From Candidatus Acidiferrales bacterium (GTDB taxonomy: Bacteria; Acidobacteriota; Terriglobia; Acidiferrales; UBA7541): 64,000 nt of DNA. The DNA lies in NCBI GenBank assembly GCA_030037525.1, contig JASHRC010000067.1, positions 3,469 through 67,468 on the forward strand. The letters run 5' to 3'. The position numbers and the translations under genes are program-made. Below the pieces are notes generated by a model. It did not search any database, was not told the origin of the DNA, and worked only from the letters and a program-made list of their open reading frames with translations. Of this stretch, positions 56,781-64,000 are shown one piece after another. Each line of letters begins with the position of its first letter. Within the stretch, counting starts at the first letter, position 1.

Positions 56781-57989
56781 CTAGGAGCGGCCCGATTCGG
56801 GGTAAAGCGGGCGCGGGCGCTCGCCCCCAGCTTCGGCAACGCGGCCCTGCCCTTGCGGTTCAGCGGCCACAGGCCGAGGCGTCTCGATGGCTCGCTCGTC
56901 GTAGCGGCCGAAAATCATCTTTCCGGCGGTTGTCTGGTGGACCGACGTAACACTGATGTCGATCGTTTTGTTGATCATCTTGCGCGCCCCGTCGACGACC
57001 ACCATGGTGCCGTCGTCCAGATAGGCCACGCCTTGGTTGTATTCCTTGCCTTCGCGCAGGATGAAGACGCGCATCGTCTCGCCCGGCAGCACCACCGGCT
57101 TCAGCGCATTGGCCAGCAGGTTCACGTTCATCACTTCGAGGCCCTGCAGCGTGGCGACCTTGTTCAGATTGAAATCGTTGGTCACGACCTTTGCGTCGTA
57201 GCGCTTGGCCAGCTCAATCAGCTTCATATCCACGTCAGCGATTTGCGCGAAATCATCCTCGGCGATCTGCACGTCGAGATGCGTCATTTTCTGGATTCGC
57301 TGGAGGACTTCCAGCCCGCGGCGCCCCCTCTGTCGTTTGAGCGGATCGGCCGAGTCAGCGACCAATTGCAGTTCCCGCAGCACGAACTGCGGAATGATCA
57401 CGGTGCCGTCGAGAAATTGAGCTTCGGCGATGTCCGCCACCCGCCCGTCGATAATGACACTGGTATCCAACAGCTTCACGGAGTGTCTGACATTTCGTTC
57501 GCTGCCAAAAACCCCACCGAAGGCCTGCAGGTTGAGCATGTCGCCCTTATTGGCCCCGAGAACCAGGCCGATGTAGGTCATCACCAGGAAAATCGCCAAA
57601 CTGAAAAAGGATCGCGTGCTCAACGGAATCGTGGTGTGCGTGAAAATGAGCGAAATCATGTACGCACCGAGAATGCCAAGAATCGAACCGACCGCCGCAC
57701 CAATCAGGCGTCGCAGACTGGCTCTGCGCAGGCGCAGCTCGAACAAAATCACAGCAATCGAGAACACCAGGCCGGCCGCTGCCCCTTCGAAGGCCGAGAG
57801 GCTGAACGGCCGGAAGTGGAAACCTGCTCCGGTGCAAACGATCACGAAGATCAACCGGAACGCCAGAATGTCCCAGAACGCACCGACCCCTTCTTGGACG
57901 GGCTTGGCAGGAACGGGAGCTTTCCCTGGCGAAACAAGGGGGGTCGCGCCAGCCGGTACCCGGCTTGGCGCGTTAGAAGGCCTTGGCAT
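56781..57989 (-). CDS. PIN/TRAM domain-containing membrane protein (YacL-like)
   Basis: Four N-terminal TM helices. PIN domain (VKLLDTSVIIDGRVADIAEAQFLDGTVIIPQFVLRELQ...VVTNDFNLNKVA). TRAM-like end (GETMRVFILREGKEYNQGVAYLDDGTMVVVDGA). Lies upstream of ispD, as in Bacillus. Confidence 0.85.
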   Translation of the reverse strand: MPRPSNAPSRVPAGATPLVSPGKAPVPAKPVQEGVGAFWDILAFRLIFVIVCTGAGFHFRPFSLSAFEGAAAGLVFSIAVILFELRLRRASLRRLIGAAVGSILGILGAYMISLIFTHTTIPLSTRSFFSLAIFLVMTYIGLVLGANKGDMLNLQAFGGVFGSERNVRHSVKLLDTSVIIDGRVADIAEAQFLDGTVIIPQFVLRELQLVADSADPLKRQRGRRGLEVLQRIQKMTHLDVQIAEDDFAQIADVDMKLIELAKRYDAKVVTNDFNLNKVATLQGLEVMNVNLLANALKPVVLPGETMRVFILREGKEYNQGVAYLDDGTMVVVDGARKMINKTIDISVTSVHQTTAGKMIFGRYDERAIETPRPVAAEPQGQGRVAEAGGERPRPLYPESGRS

Positions 57990-58176
57990 CGCTGCACCCT
58001 ATGAAGCGTATGACGATATGAGTCGCGCGGAATGAATCGCGCTGCCGCAACCACATTTTCCGTGCAGCCGGTATTGCGAACGATCCGGTCGCCCGGGTAT
58101 GAATCGAAACGACGTATGAAGTTTAAACACTCACAGTATAGCACCGCACGGAGCGGGCGGCTGGATCTTGGGGCTC

Positions 58177-59337
58177 TTAAAGGTAATACCGGGGAACGCG
58201 ACGGCCCAAAGCGCAGAGAAGGTCGGAGGTGACCGTGCCGATTTCGCGTGCCACGTCGGAGACTTTGATCTCCGCGTTTCCATCCTTGCCGTAGATCGTG
58301 ACGATGTCGCCGAGCGCCACCCCCGGCACATCGGTGACATCGAGTGTCGTCAGGTCCATCGAAATCGCGCCCACCAGCGGCACCCGCCGGCCGCGCACCA
58401 GCGCGCAGCCGCGATTGGTCCGTTGCCGCATGATCCCGTCAGCGTATCCCGCGTTGATCACCGCGATGCGCGAAGGACGCTCGGTCGTAAATCGGGCGCC
58501 ATACCCCACCGGCTGCCCCGGCGGAAGGTCGCGAAGGGTGATGATTCGCGCACGCATGGAGAGGCTGGGCTCCAGAGGCAATTGGTCGCGAACCTCCTGC
58601 CCTTTGCGCGGCGGATCGAAGGACTGGTAGTAGCCGTAAAGAATGGCGCCGGGGCGAATCATGTCCGCCCAAGTGCTTGGTCGGGCACAAATGGCGCCGC
58701 TGTTTGCCATATGCACGATTCCCGGGGAAATGCCGAGCGCGTGCATGCGCTCCAGGCACTCACGAAAAAGGTGCTCCTGGTCATCGGTCTGGCGCGCGCT
58801 GAAGTCTTCGGCCGAAGCGAAATGCGTGAGGGTGCCCTCCAGCTGCAGATGACGGCAGTCCGCTAAGGCGTTGGCGAACGCCGCAAGCTCGGACGGCAGA
58901 ATGCCGAGCCGGTTCATGCCCGTGTTGATTTTCAGATGGAAGCGGAGCTTCGATTTCACCCGGGCGGCCCTGGCCGCACGCTCGAGCAATCGCACGTCGT
59001 CGACCCGCGTGACGGTTGGCGTCAAACGCTTGTCAATGAAGCGCTTCTCCTCCCCGGGCCAAAATCCGGTGAGCACCAGAATCGGTTTGCGAACGCCCGC
59101 CTGGCGCAGCTCGAGCCCTTCATTCGAGCAGGTCACGCCGAAGCGGTTCGCACCGGCCCGTTCGAGCGCTTTGGTCACCGGCACGGCGCCCAGTCCATAT
59201 GCATTCGATTTCACGACGGCCAGAATTTCCAGCCGGGGACCGACATGCCGCCGGACGGTGTCGAGATTCTTGGTGATGGCCCTGAGCGAAACCTCCACCC
59301 ATACCGGGCGCCCTCCGAAATGAACCTGTTTCGTCAT
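58177..59337 (-). CDS. alr: alanine racemase
   Basis: PLP lysine motif AVVKSNAYGLG, and C-terminal ...VSMDLTTLDVTD... and ...CALGRRVPRYY. Confidence 0.9.
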   Translation of the reverse strand: MTKQVHFGGRPVWVEVSLRAITKNLDTVRRHVGPRLEILAVVKSNAYGLGAVPVTKALERAGANRFGVTCSNEGLELRQAGVRKPILVLTGFWPGEEKRFIDKRLTPTVTRVDDVRLLERAARAARVKSKLRFHLKINTGMNRLGILPSELAAFANALADCRHLQLEGTLTHFASAEDFSARQTDDQEHLFRECLERMHALGISPGIVHMANSGAICARPSTWADMIRPGAILYGYYQSFDPPRKGQEVRDQLPLEPSLSMRARIITLRDLPPGQPVGYGARFTTERPSRIAVINAGYADGIMRQRTNRGCALVRGRRVPLVGAISMDLTTLDVTDVPGVALGDIVTIYGKDGNAEIKVSDVAREIGTVTSDLLCALGRRVPRYYL

Positions 59338-59543
59338 GAGCTTTTAGAATGCCAGAGTCTTGCTCGGCGCGGCGCAACAATTCGCGTGGGCGATCTGGGA
59401 GCGCTGCGTTTAGGTTAACAGCCAGCAGGTTTTGGTGCAGGTCGGGAGCCCTTTTCCTTCCGATCCGGCCAAATGTTGAATGCGACGGAAAAGGCGAGAC
59501 TTAGACGCACCGACGAAGCGCGTCGATCAGCGGGGCCCGCAGC

Positions 59544-59571
59544 CCTCGGGACACGGTGTGTGTCTCCGAGG
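59544..59571 (-). terminator. hairpin just downstream of dnaB (no clear U-tract)
   Basis: CCTCGGGACAC-ggtgt-GTGTC(t)CCGAGG read from the sequence, 17-44 nt after the dnaB stop. Confidence 0.3.
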
Positions 59572-59587
59572 ACGCTAGGTTTAGGGG

Positions 59588-60958
59588 CTACTCGTCACCG
59601 ACGCTCGCCCACTCGTCGGGGGCCGCTTCCTCAAAGCGCGTATGGCGGCTCAGGAAGACGAAATGCAGCGTTCCGGTCGGGCCATTGCGCTGCTTGGCGA
59701 TGATCAACTCGGCCTTGGCGCGCTCTTCTTCAGGAAGGTCGGTCTTATAGAAATTCGGGCGGTTGATAAACAGCACCACATCTGCGTCCTGCTCGATCGC
59801 GCCTGACTCGCGCAAATCGGCGAGCTGCGGCTTGCGCTCTTCGCGTTCCGGAGCACGAGTCAACTGGCTGAGAACGAGTACGGGCACCTTCAACTCCTTT
59901 GCCAGTGCTTTCAGCGCGCGCGAAATACTGGAGACTTCTTCCTGACGGTTGGCCGAGCGGCGGTTGAGCGTGGGCACGACCAACTGAATGTAGTCAACGA
60001 TCACGAGCGCAAGACCCCGGTCGCGCTTGAGACGCCGCGCCTTCGCGCCCATTTCCAGGACGGTCGAGGAAGCCGAATCGTCGATCCACATTGGCGCTTC
60101 GCCAAGCTCGCCGAGGGCGGCGGTCAGTTTGCCCCACTCCCCGTGGCTCAAGTGCCCGGTGCGGAATTTGTGCGCGTCCACGCGCGCCTGCGAAGAAAGC
60201 AGGCGAAGCAGCAAGGACTCCTTCGACATTTCCAGACTGAAAATGGCCACCGGCTGACGCCGGCGGAGGGCTACATTCTCGGCGATGTTGAGCGCGAGCG
60301 CGGTCTTCCCCATCGAGGGACGTGCTGCCAGAATCACGAGCTCGGAGGGCTGCAAGCCCGCGGTTTCATTGTCGAGATTCGCATAGCCCGTTGCCAGACC
60401 CGTGATGCGGCGGCCTTCGCTGAAGATCTTCTCCAGACGCTCAAAGCCGTCCTTCACCAGATCCTTGACACCAATCAGGCCCGCCTTCACTCGATCTTCG
60501 GCGAGCTGGAAAATCTGCGACTCGGCGCGATCGAGGATGACGTCGGCGTCATCGTCGGCCGCAAGAGCCTGTTCCTGAATCGCCGAGGCCGAGTGGATCA
60601 GATTGCGCAGAACCGATTTCTCTTTAACGATGCGCGCGTAATGGTCCACGTTGGTCACGCGCGGCAGGCCATCGGCGAGCTGCGAAAGATAAGAGACCCC
60701 GCCGGCGGCTTCCAGTTCGCCGCGCTTGGCAAGATCCTCCATCAACGTGATCGTGTCGATGGCTTGCTGACGCTCGGCCAGCCCGACCATGCGCTCGAAA
60801 ATCCGGCGATGCTGGGGAAGGAAGAAGTCCTCGGTGCGCAACCGCTCGACGGCTGCGTTCAGAGCGTGATTATCGAGCAGGACAGCTCCGAGAATGCTGC
60901 GTTCGGCTTCTAGGTTGTGCGGGAGAGGCCTTTCCAGTGTGGTGGTGTCGCTCGACAT
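59588..60958 (-). CDS. dnaB: replicative DNA helicase
   Basis: PHNLEAERSILGAVLLDN N-terminal domain. Walker A ARPSMGKTALALNIA. Also IVDYIQL and SQLTRAPE. Confidence 0.95.
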   Translation of the reverse strand: MSSDTTTLERPLPHNLEAERSILGAVLLDNHALNAAVERLRTEDFFLPQHRRIFERMVGLAERQQAIDTITLMEDLAKRGELEAAGGVSYLSQLADGLPRVTNVDHYARIVKEKSVLRNLIHSASAIQEQALAADDDADVILDRAESQIFQLAEDRVKAGLIGVKDLVKDGFERLEKIFSEGRRITGLATGYANLDNETAGLQPSELVILAARPSMGKTALALNIAENVALRRRQPVAIFSLEMSKESLLLRLLSSQARVDAHKFRTGHLSHGEWGKLTAALGELGEAPMWIDDSASSTVLEMGAKARRLKRDRGLALVIVDYIQLVVPTLNRRSANRQEEVSSISRALKALAKELKVPVLVLSQLTRAPEREERKPQLADLRESGAIEQDADVVLFINRPNFYKTDLPEEERAKAELIIAKQRNGPTGTLHFVFLSRHTRFEEAAPDEWASVGDE

Positions 60959-61224
60959 TTCGCTTTATTTTCGCCCAGTCCTTCGCGGAGCGCAAGAGCC
61001 ATTTTCATGCGCTCTGGTTTCCACACTTGTGCCCCGGCCTGCCTCCCTGGCGCAGGCCCGCTCCGGGCAGGAATGCGTTCGTGAGTTTTTTCCGGTATCG
61101 GGAGTCCTGACTGCAGGACTGACGAGCCGTTGCCGTTGTGACCGCGAGTGTGCACACGCGGCGGGCGGACGTCAATGACTCCGGTCTGTGGACTTTTTTT
61201 GAAAAGTGGAAAAACGAAACCGGA

Positions 61225-61671
61225 CTACTCTTCTTTTTTGACCGCGAGCTTCACCGAGGCGGTGACTTCGCGGTGAAGCCTAATGGCAACATCGAAATTG
61301 CCGATGGCTTTGATCGGTTCGGCAAGCTGGATTTTGCGCTTGTCGATGGCGTAGCCTTTGGCGCCCAGGGCTTCGGAAATGTCGGCAGAGGTGACAGAAC
61401 CAAAAAGCTGGTCGTTGTCGCCGGACTTGCGCGAGATTTCCAGCAACACGCCGGCGAGCAACTCGGCAAGCTTCTGCGCGTCGGCGATTTCGACGGCGGC
61501 TTTCTTGGCAAAGGCCGCCCGCATCTTCTCGAGCCGTTTCATATTGCCGGGGCTTGCTTCAAGCGCCAGTTTCCGCGGGAGAAGGAAATTGCGCGCGTAG
61601 CCTTCCGCAACCTCGACTACCTGGCCGCGGTTTCCCAGCTTTTCGACGTCTTCTTGAAGAATGATCTGCAT
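61225..61671 (-). CDS. rplI: 50S ribosomal protein L9
   Basis: MQIILQEDVEKLGNRGQVVEVAEGYARNFLLPRKLA. ATG 61671 verified. The track ORF extension to 61824 overlaps rpsR. Confidence 0.95.
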   Translation of the reverse strand: MQIILQEDVEKLGNRGQVVEVAEGYARNFLLPRKLALEASPGNMKRLEKMRAAFAKKAAVEIADAQKLAELLAGVLLEISRKSGDNDQLFGSVTSADISEALGAKGYAIDKRKIQLAEPIKAIGNFDVAIRLHREVTASVKLAVKKEE

Positions 61672-61792
61672 CTTGAACCCCCCCTGTATTGGCGGGCCAA
61701 AGCTCGCGCCTAAGGCGGCCGGGCCCTCTATAAAAACCAAAAGAGACCCTGTTCGGCGCCACCGCGAGAGCGGAACCCCGCGAACGGTCGGA

Positions 61793-62182
61793 TCACAGTT
61801 CGGCGGCGAAAGGCAGCAGCGCAATGTTTTGCGCGCGCTTGATGGCCACCGCGAGCCAGCGCTGATGCCGCGCGCAGGTCCCGGTCATACGGCGCGGGAG
61901 AATCTTGCCGCGCTCCTGAAGGAAAGGCGCAAGAATTTCCGCTTTCTTGTAATCGATGTAATCCGACTTCTCGACACAGAAGCGGCAGACCTTCTTCTTG
62001 CGCACAAAGCTGCGCTTCGCTCGGCGCGGCGCACCGCCGCCGGCCCTGCCGGAGTGCAGGGGCGGACCACCGGGACGTTGCGGCGAGCCTGCGTGATGAG
62101 TTCCGCTACCGCCGGCCGGCGGGCCCGCGGGAGGCGCTTGCGGCGCCGTCGGTTGAGTTGCGTTTTCGTCTGCCATTTCCAT
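61793..62182 (-). CDS. rpsR: 30S ribosomal protein S18 with Pro/Gly/Ala-rich N-terminal extension
   Basis: [64 protein letters not shown]. Two ATGs (62182, 62176) follow an AGGAG; 62176 has the better spacing. Confidence 0.9.
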   Translation of the reverse strand: MEMADENATQPTAPQAPPAGPPAGGSGTHHAGSPQRPGGPPLHSGRAGGGAPRRAKRSFVRKKKVCRFCVEKSDYIDYKKAEILAPFLQERGKILPRRMTGTCARHQRWLAVAIKRAQNIALLPFAAEL

Positions 62183-62200
62183 CTCTCCTGATGAATTCGA

Positions 62201-62623
62201 TTAGGATTGCGCAGCGGCGTGTTCGGTTCCGCCCGCCGGAACCGGAGCAGGTGTCGCAGGCGGCTTGCGGGGACGCCGCGCGGCGCGTTTCTCGCGGTGT
62301 CTCTTGAGTTTTTCCTGGCGCTTCAGCTCTAGGTCGACGCGAATGGTCAGATACTTGATGACCGCGTCGGCCACCTTCAGGCGCCGCTCAAGCTCCTTAA
62401 CCACTTCGCCGTGCGAGGAGCGCACCACCATGAACACGTAATACCCCTCGCGCATGCGCTGCACTCGGTAGGCCATGCGCTTGCGGCCCCACCTCTCCGT
62501 CTTCTCGATTCGGCCGCCCTTCTCCGCGGCGGCGTGCTCAAGCGTGCCGACAATCTTGTCGATGTCCGGCTCGGGCGTATCCGGCCGGCAGATGAAGATC
62601 AGATCGTATTGCCGCTCTTCCAT
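62201..62623 (-). CDS. rpsF: 30S ribosomal protein S6 with basic C-terminal extension
   Basis: MEERQYDLIFICRPD...ERWGRKRMAYRVQRMREGYYVFMVV. ATG 62623 verified. Confidence 0.9.
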   Translation of the reverse strand: MEERQYDLIFICRPDTPEPDIDKIVGTLEHAAAEKGGRIEKTERWGRKRMAYRVQRMREGYYVFMVVRSSHGEVVKELERRLKVADAVIKYLTIRVDLELKRQEKLKRHREKRAARRPRKPPATPAPVPAGGTEHAAAQS

Positions 62624-62720
62624 GTGTCCTCTCGATTCGCGGCTTCGACCTGGGCAAGCGCCCGGTGTCGAAGGCCGTGTCATTCGCTTCCCCCAGAAAC
62701 CACCGGCAGCTCCGGTGGCT

Positions 62721-63311
62721 TTACGCTTTCGCCTTCCCTTGGGGCGAGGCTCTGTGATTGAACCGCGCCATCGCTTTGGCCAACCCCTCGGTCAAAATCA
62801 GCTCGACCGCGTCGGCTGCCTCGCCGGCCTCGTCCCGGGCGATGCGCCGTTCGGCGGCGCGCATCCTCGACAGCACGTAGTCCCGCCGGTCGCCCCAGAT
62901 CTGTTCGGGCTGGACTCCCATCCGCACGCGGATGAATTCATCAGTGCCGAGTGCGGCGATCACCGACTTCAACCCGTTGTGCGTGCTGTTGCGGCCGCGA
63001 TCGCGGATTCGCAACATGCCCCACGGCAGATCCACCTCGTCGACGAGGATGATCGTCTCGGCCACATCGCACCTGTGCCGCTCGACAAGCATTCCGACCG
63101 CCATGCCGCTCAGATTCATCATCGTCTGCGGCTTCGCCAAAATCACATCTTGCCCGGCGAACCGCCCGCGTCCGACAAGCGATTTCTCTTCCCGTCGAGC
63201 CACGCGGATGTTTGCGCGTTCGGCCAACGCATCCACGCCCAGAAAGCCCATGTTGTGCGGCGTCCATTCGTATTCGGGACCCGGATTGCCGAGCCCCACG
63301 ATAAGCCGCAT
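62721..63311 (-). CDS. pth: peptidyl-tRNA hydrolase
   Basis: MRLIVGLGNPGPEYEWTPHNMGF... and NSTHNGLKS. Confidence 0.95.
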   Translation of the reverse strand: MRLIVGLGNPGPEYEWTPHNMGFLGVDALAERANIRVARREEKSLVGRGRFAGQDVILAKPQTMMNLSGMAVGMLVERHRCDVAETIILVDEVDLPWGMLRIRDRGRNSTHNGLKSVIAALGTDEFIRVRMGVQPEQIWGDRRDYVLSRMRAAERRIARDEAGEAADAVELILTEGLAKAMARFNHRASPQGKAKA

Positions 63312-63353
63312 CGGCCCGCTGCCTCCTTGCCTGCCCGGCCGCAGGCGCCGCGT

Positions 63354-64000
63354 TTACTTCTTCTTTTCCTTTTCGGCCTTCTCGGCCTTCGGAGCGGCTG
63401 CTTCGGCGCCCGCTTCGGCCTCGCCCTCTTCTTCCTTCTTGCCCTTCTTGATGACTTCGGGCTCGGCCGGCGCGGCTTCCGCGGTCACCGCGGCTTCCGC
63501 GGCCGGTTCTGCTTCGGCCTTGAGCGTGACAACGTGAGCGAGTACCCGCTGCGGATCGGTCAGGAGCTTGACCTTTTGCGGATCGATCGGCAGATCGGCG
63601 GCGCGAAGCTGCTTGCCGATGGTGAGCCCGCTGATGTCCACCTTGAACTCTTCGGGTATGTCGCCCGGAAGACACTCGACTTCGACCTCGCGAGTAACCA
63701 TTTCGAAGATGCCGCCCTGCAGCTTCACGCCTTCCGGCTCTCCGAAGGTATGCACCGGCACGCGAACGCGCATGCGCACGTCCATGGCGATGCGCATGAG
63801 GTCGACGTGGAGCAGCGCACCGCTCACCGGATCGACCTGCCAGTCTTTCACCATGGCCCTCTCCTCCCCGCCGCCGGCGACCTGCACGGTGAAGATCGTA
63901 TTGTGGCCGGATTCGGAGCGCAGAATCCTGCTGACCTGCTTCGCATTCACCGTGAGAGAAATCGCATTCTTGCGTCCGCCGTAGAGAACGGCCGGCACCA
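63354..64000 (-). CDS. rplY: 50S ribosomal protein L25/general stress protein Ctc (5' end beyond the window)
   Basis: PAVLYGGRKNAISLTVNAKQVSRILRSESGHNTIFTV... and VHTFGEPEGVKLQGGIFE. Has an acidic/lysine-rich C-terminal tail. The usual N-terminal ~25 aa are missing, so the gene runs off the window. Confidence 0.85.
   Translation of the reverse strand, partial: VPAVLYGGRKNAISLTVNAKQVSRILRSESGHNTIFTVQVAGGGEERAMVKDWQVDPVSGALLHVDLMRIAMDVRMRVRVPVHTFGEPEGVKLQGGIFEMVTREVEVECLPGDIPEEFKVDISGLTIGKQLRAADLPIDPQKVKLLTDPQRVLAHVVTLKAEAEPAAEAAVTAEAAPAEPEVIKKGKKEEEGEAEAGAEAAAPKAEKAEKEKKK

Noticed and set aside
56781-57989. PIN-domain protein as a possible toxin of a toxin-antitoxin or defence system
   Set aside because: It is the membrane-anchored PIN+TRAM YacL-type housekeeping architecture in its conserved position upstream of ispD. 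There is no adjacent small antitoxin gene.
56724-58004. 426-aa plus-strand ORF
   Set aside because: It is antisense to the PIN/TRAM (YacL-like) gene, whose TM, PIN and TRAM segments are recognisable. The plus-strand product has no motif.
61138-61713. 191-aa plus-strand ORF over the L9 gene and the dnaB upstream region
   Set aside because: It is antisense to rplI. The 7-bp hairpin AGTCCTG-actg-CAGGACT (about 61104-61121) in the rplI-dnaB spacer is preceded, not followed, by a T-run on the plus strand. It therefore does not qualify as a terminator for either strand's genes.
1-64000. Search for CRISPR arrays, tandem or dispersed repeats, IS elements, integrases, tRNA or rRNA genes
   Set aside because: None was seen in any intergenic gap I read through: 4420-4590, 11781-11946, 19083-19330, 27234-27820, 37022-37183, 38318-38476, 42545-42712, 45724-45882, 46873-47320, 47954-48326, 50184-50363, 55518-55746, 56470-56780, 57990-58176, 59338-59587 and 60959-61224. 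This was a by-eye scan, so short or degenerate repeats could have been missed. A tRNAscan, Infernal and repeat-finder run would settle it.

Overview
This is a GC-rich, gene-dense bacterial chromosomal segment. My guess is GC above 60%, but I did not compute it. I support about 65 protein-coding genes, one decayed gene and a few RNA hairpins or operator-like palindromes. I saw no rRNA, tRNA, CRISPR array, transposase, integrase or phage genes in any intergenic gap I read.

The content is mostly housekeeping:
- Replication and repair: priA, dnaB, a family-4 UDG, ada.
- Translation: efp, asnS, pth, rpsF-rpsR-rplI, L25/Ctc, rlmN, rlmB.
- Nucleotide and cofactor metabolism: purB, apt, gmk, coaBC, ispD/ispF, mqnD.
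- Cell wall: ddl, alr, pgeF.
- Central metabolism: serA, glpX, a GH57 glucan enzyme, arginase, a glutaryl-CoA-dehydrogenase-like ACAD.

Two stretches keep gene orders known from Bacillus. One is yicC-gmk-rpoZ-coaBC...priA. The other is PIN/TRAM(yacL)-ispD-ispF-[gltX slot]-rlmB. The gene set (futalosine-pathway mqnD, DUF3857/transglutaminase proteins, extended ribosomal proteins) suggests Acidobacteriota, but that is inference only.

I did not find a convincing novel multi-gene system such as a defence island or biosynthetic cluster. The observations most worth a second look are:
- A secreted tandem pair made of an intact transglutaminase-like protein and a paralogue that has lost the catalytic Cys/His.
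- An EF-P whose tip loop looks EfpL/YeiP-like rather than canonical.
- A stand-alone GluRS anticodon-binding-like domain sitting in the syntenic gltX slot.
- A 78-codon ORF that exactly bridges ispD and ispF with 4-nt overlaps at both ends.
- A signal-peptide-bearing AlgH/YqgE homologue.
- An AKR-TetR-HlyD-ABC operon with a perfect palindrome upstream.
- A frameshifted, internally deleted serine-hydrolase pseudogene.

Many long ORFs in the track are antisense shadows typical of high-GC DNA and were rejected. All product calls rest on motifs I recognised by eye. Start codons are my best choices and may be off by tens of codons.
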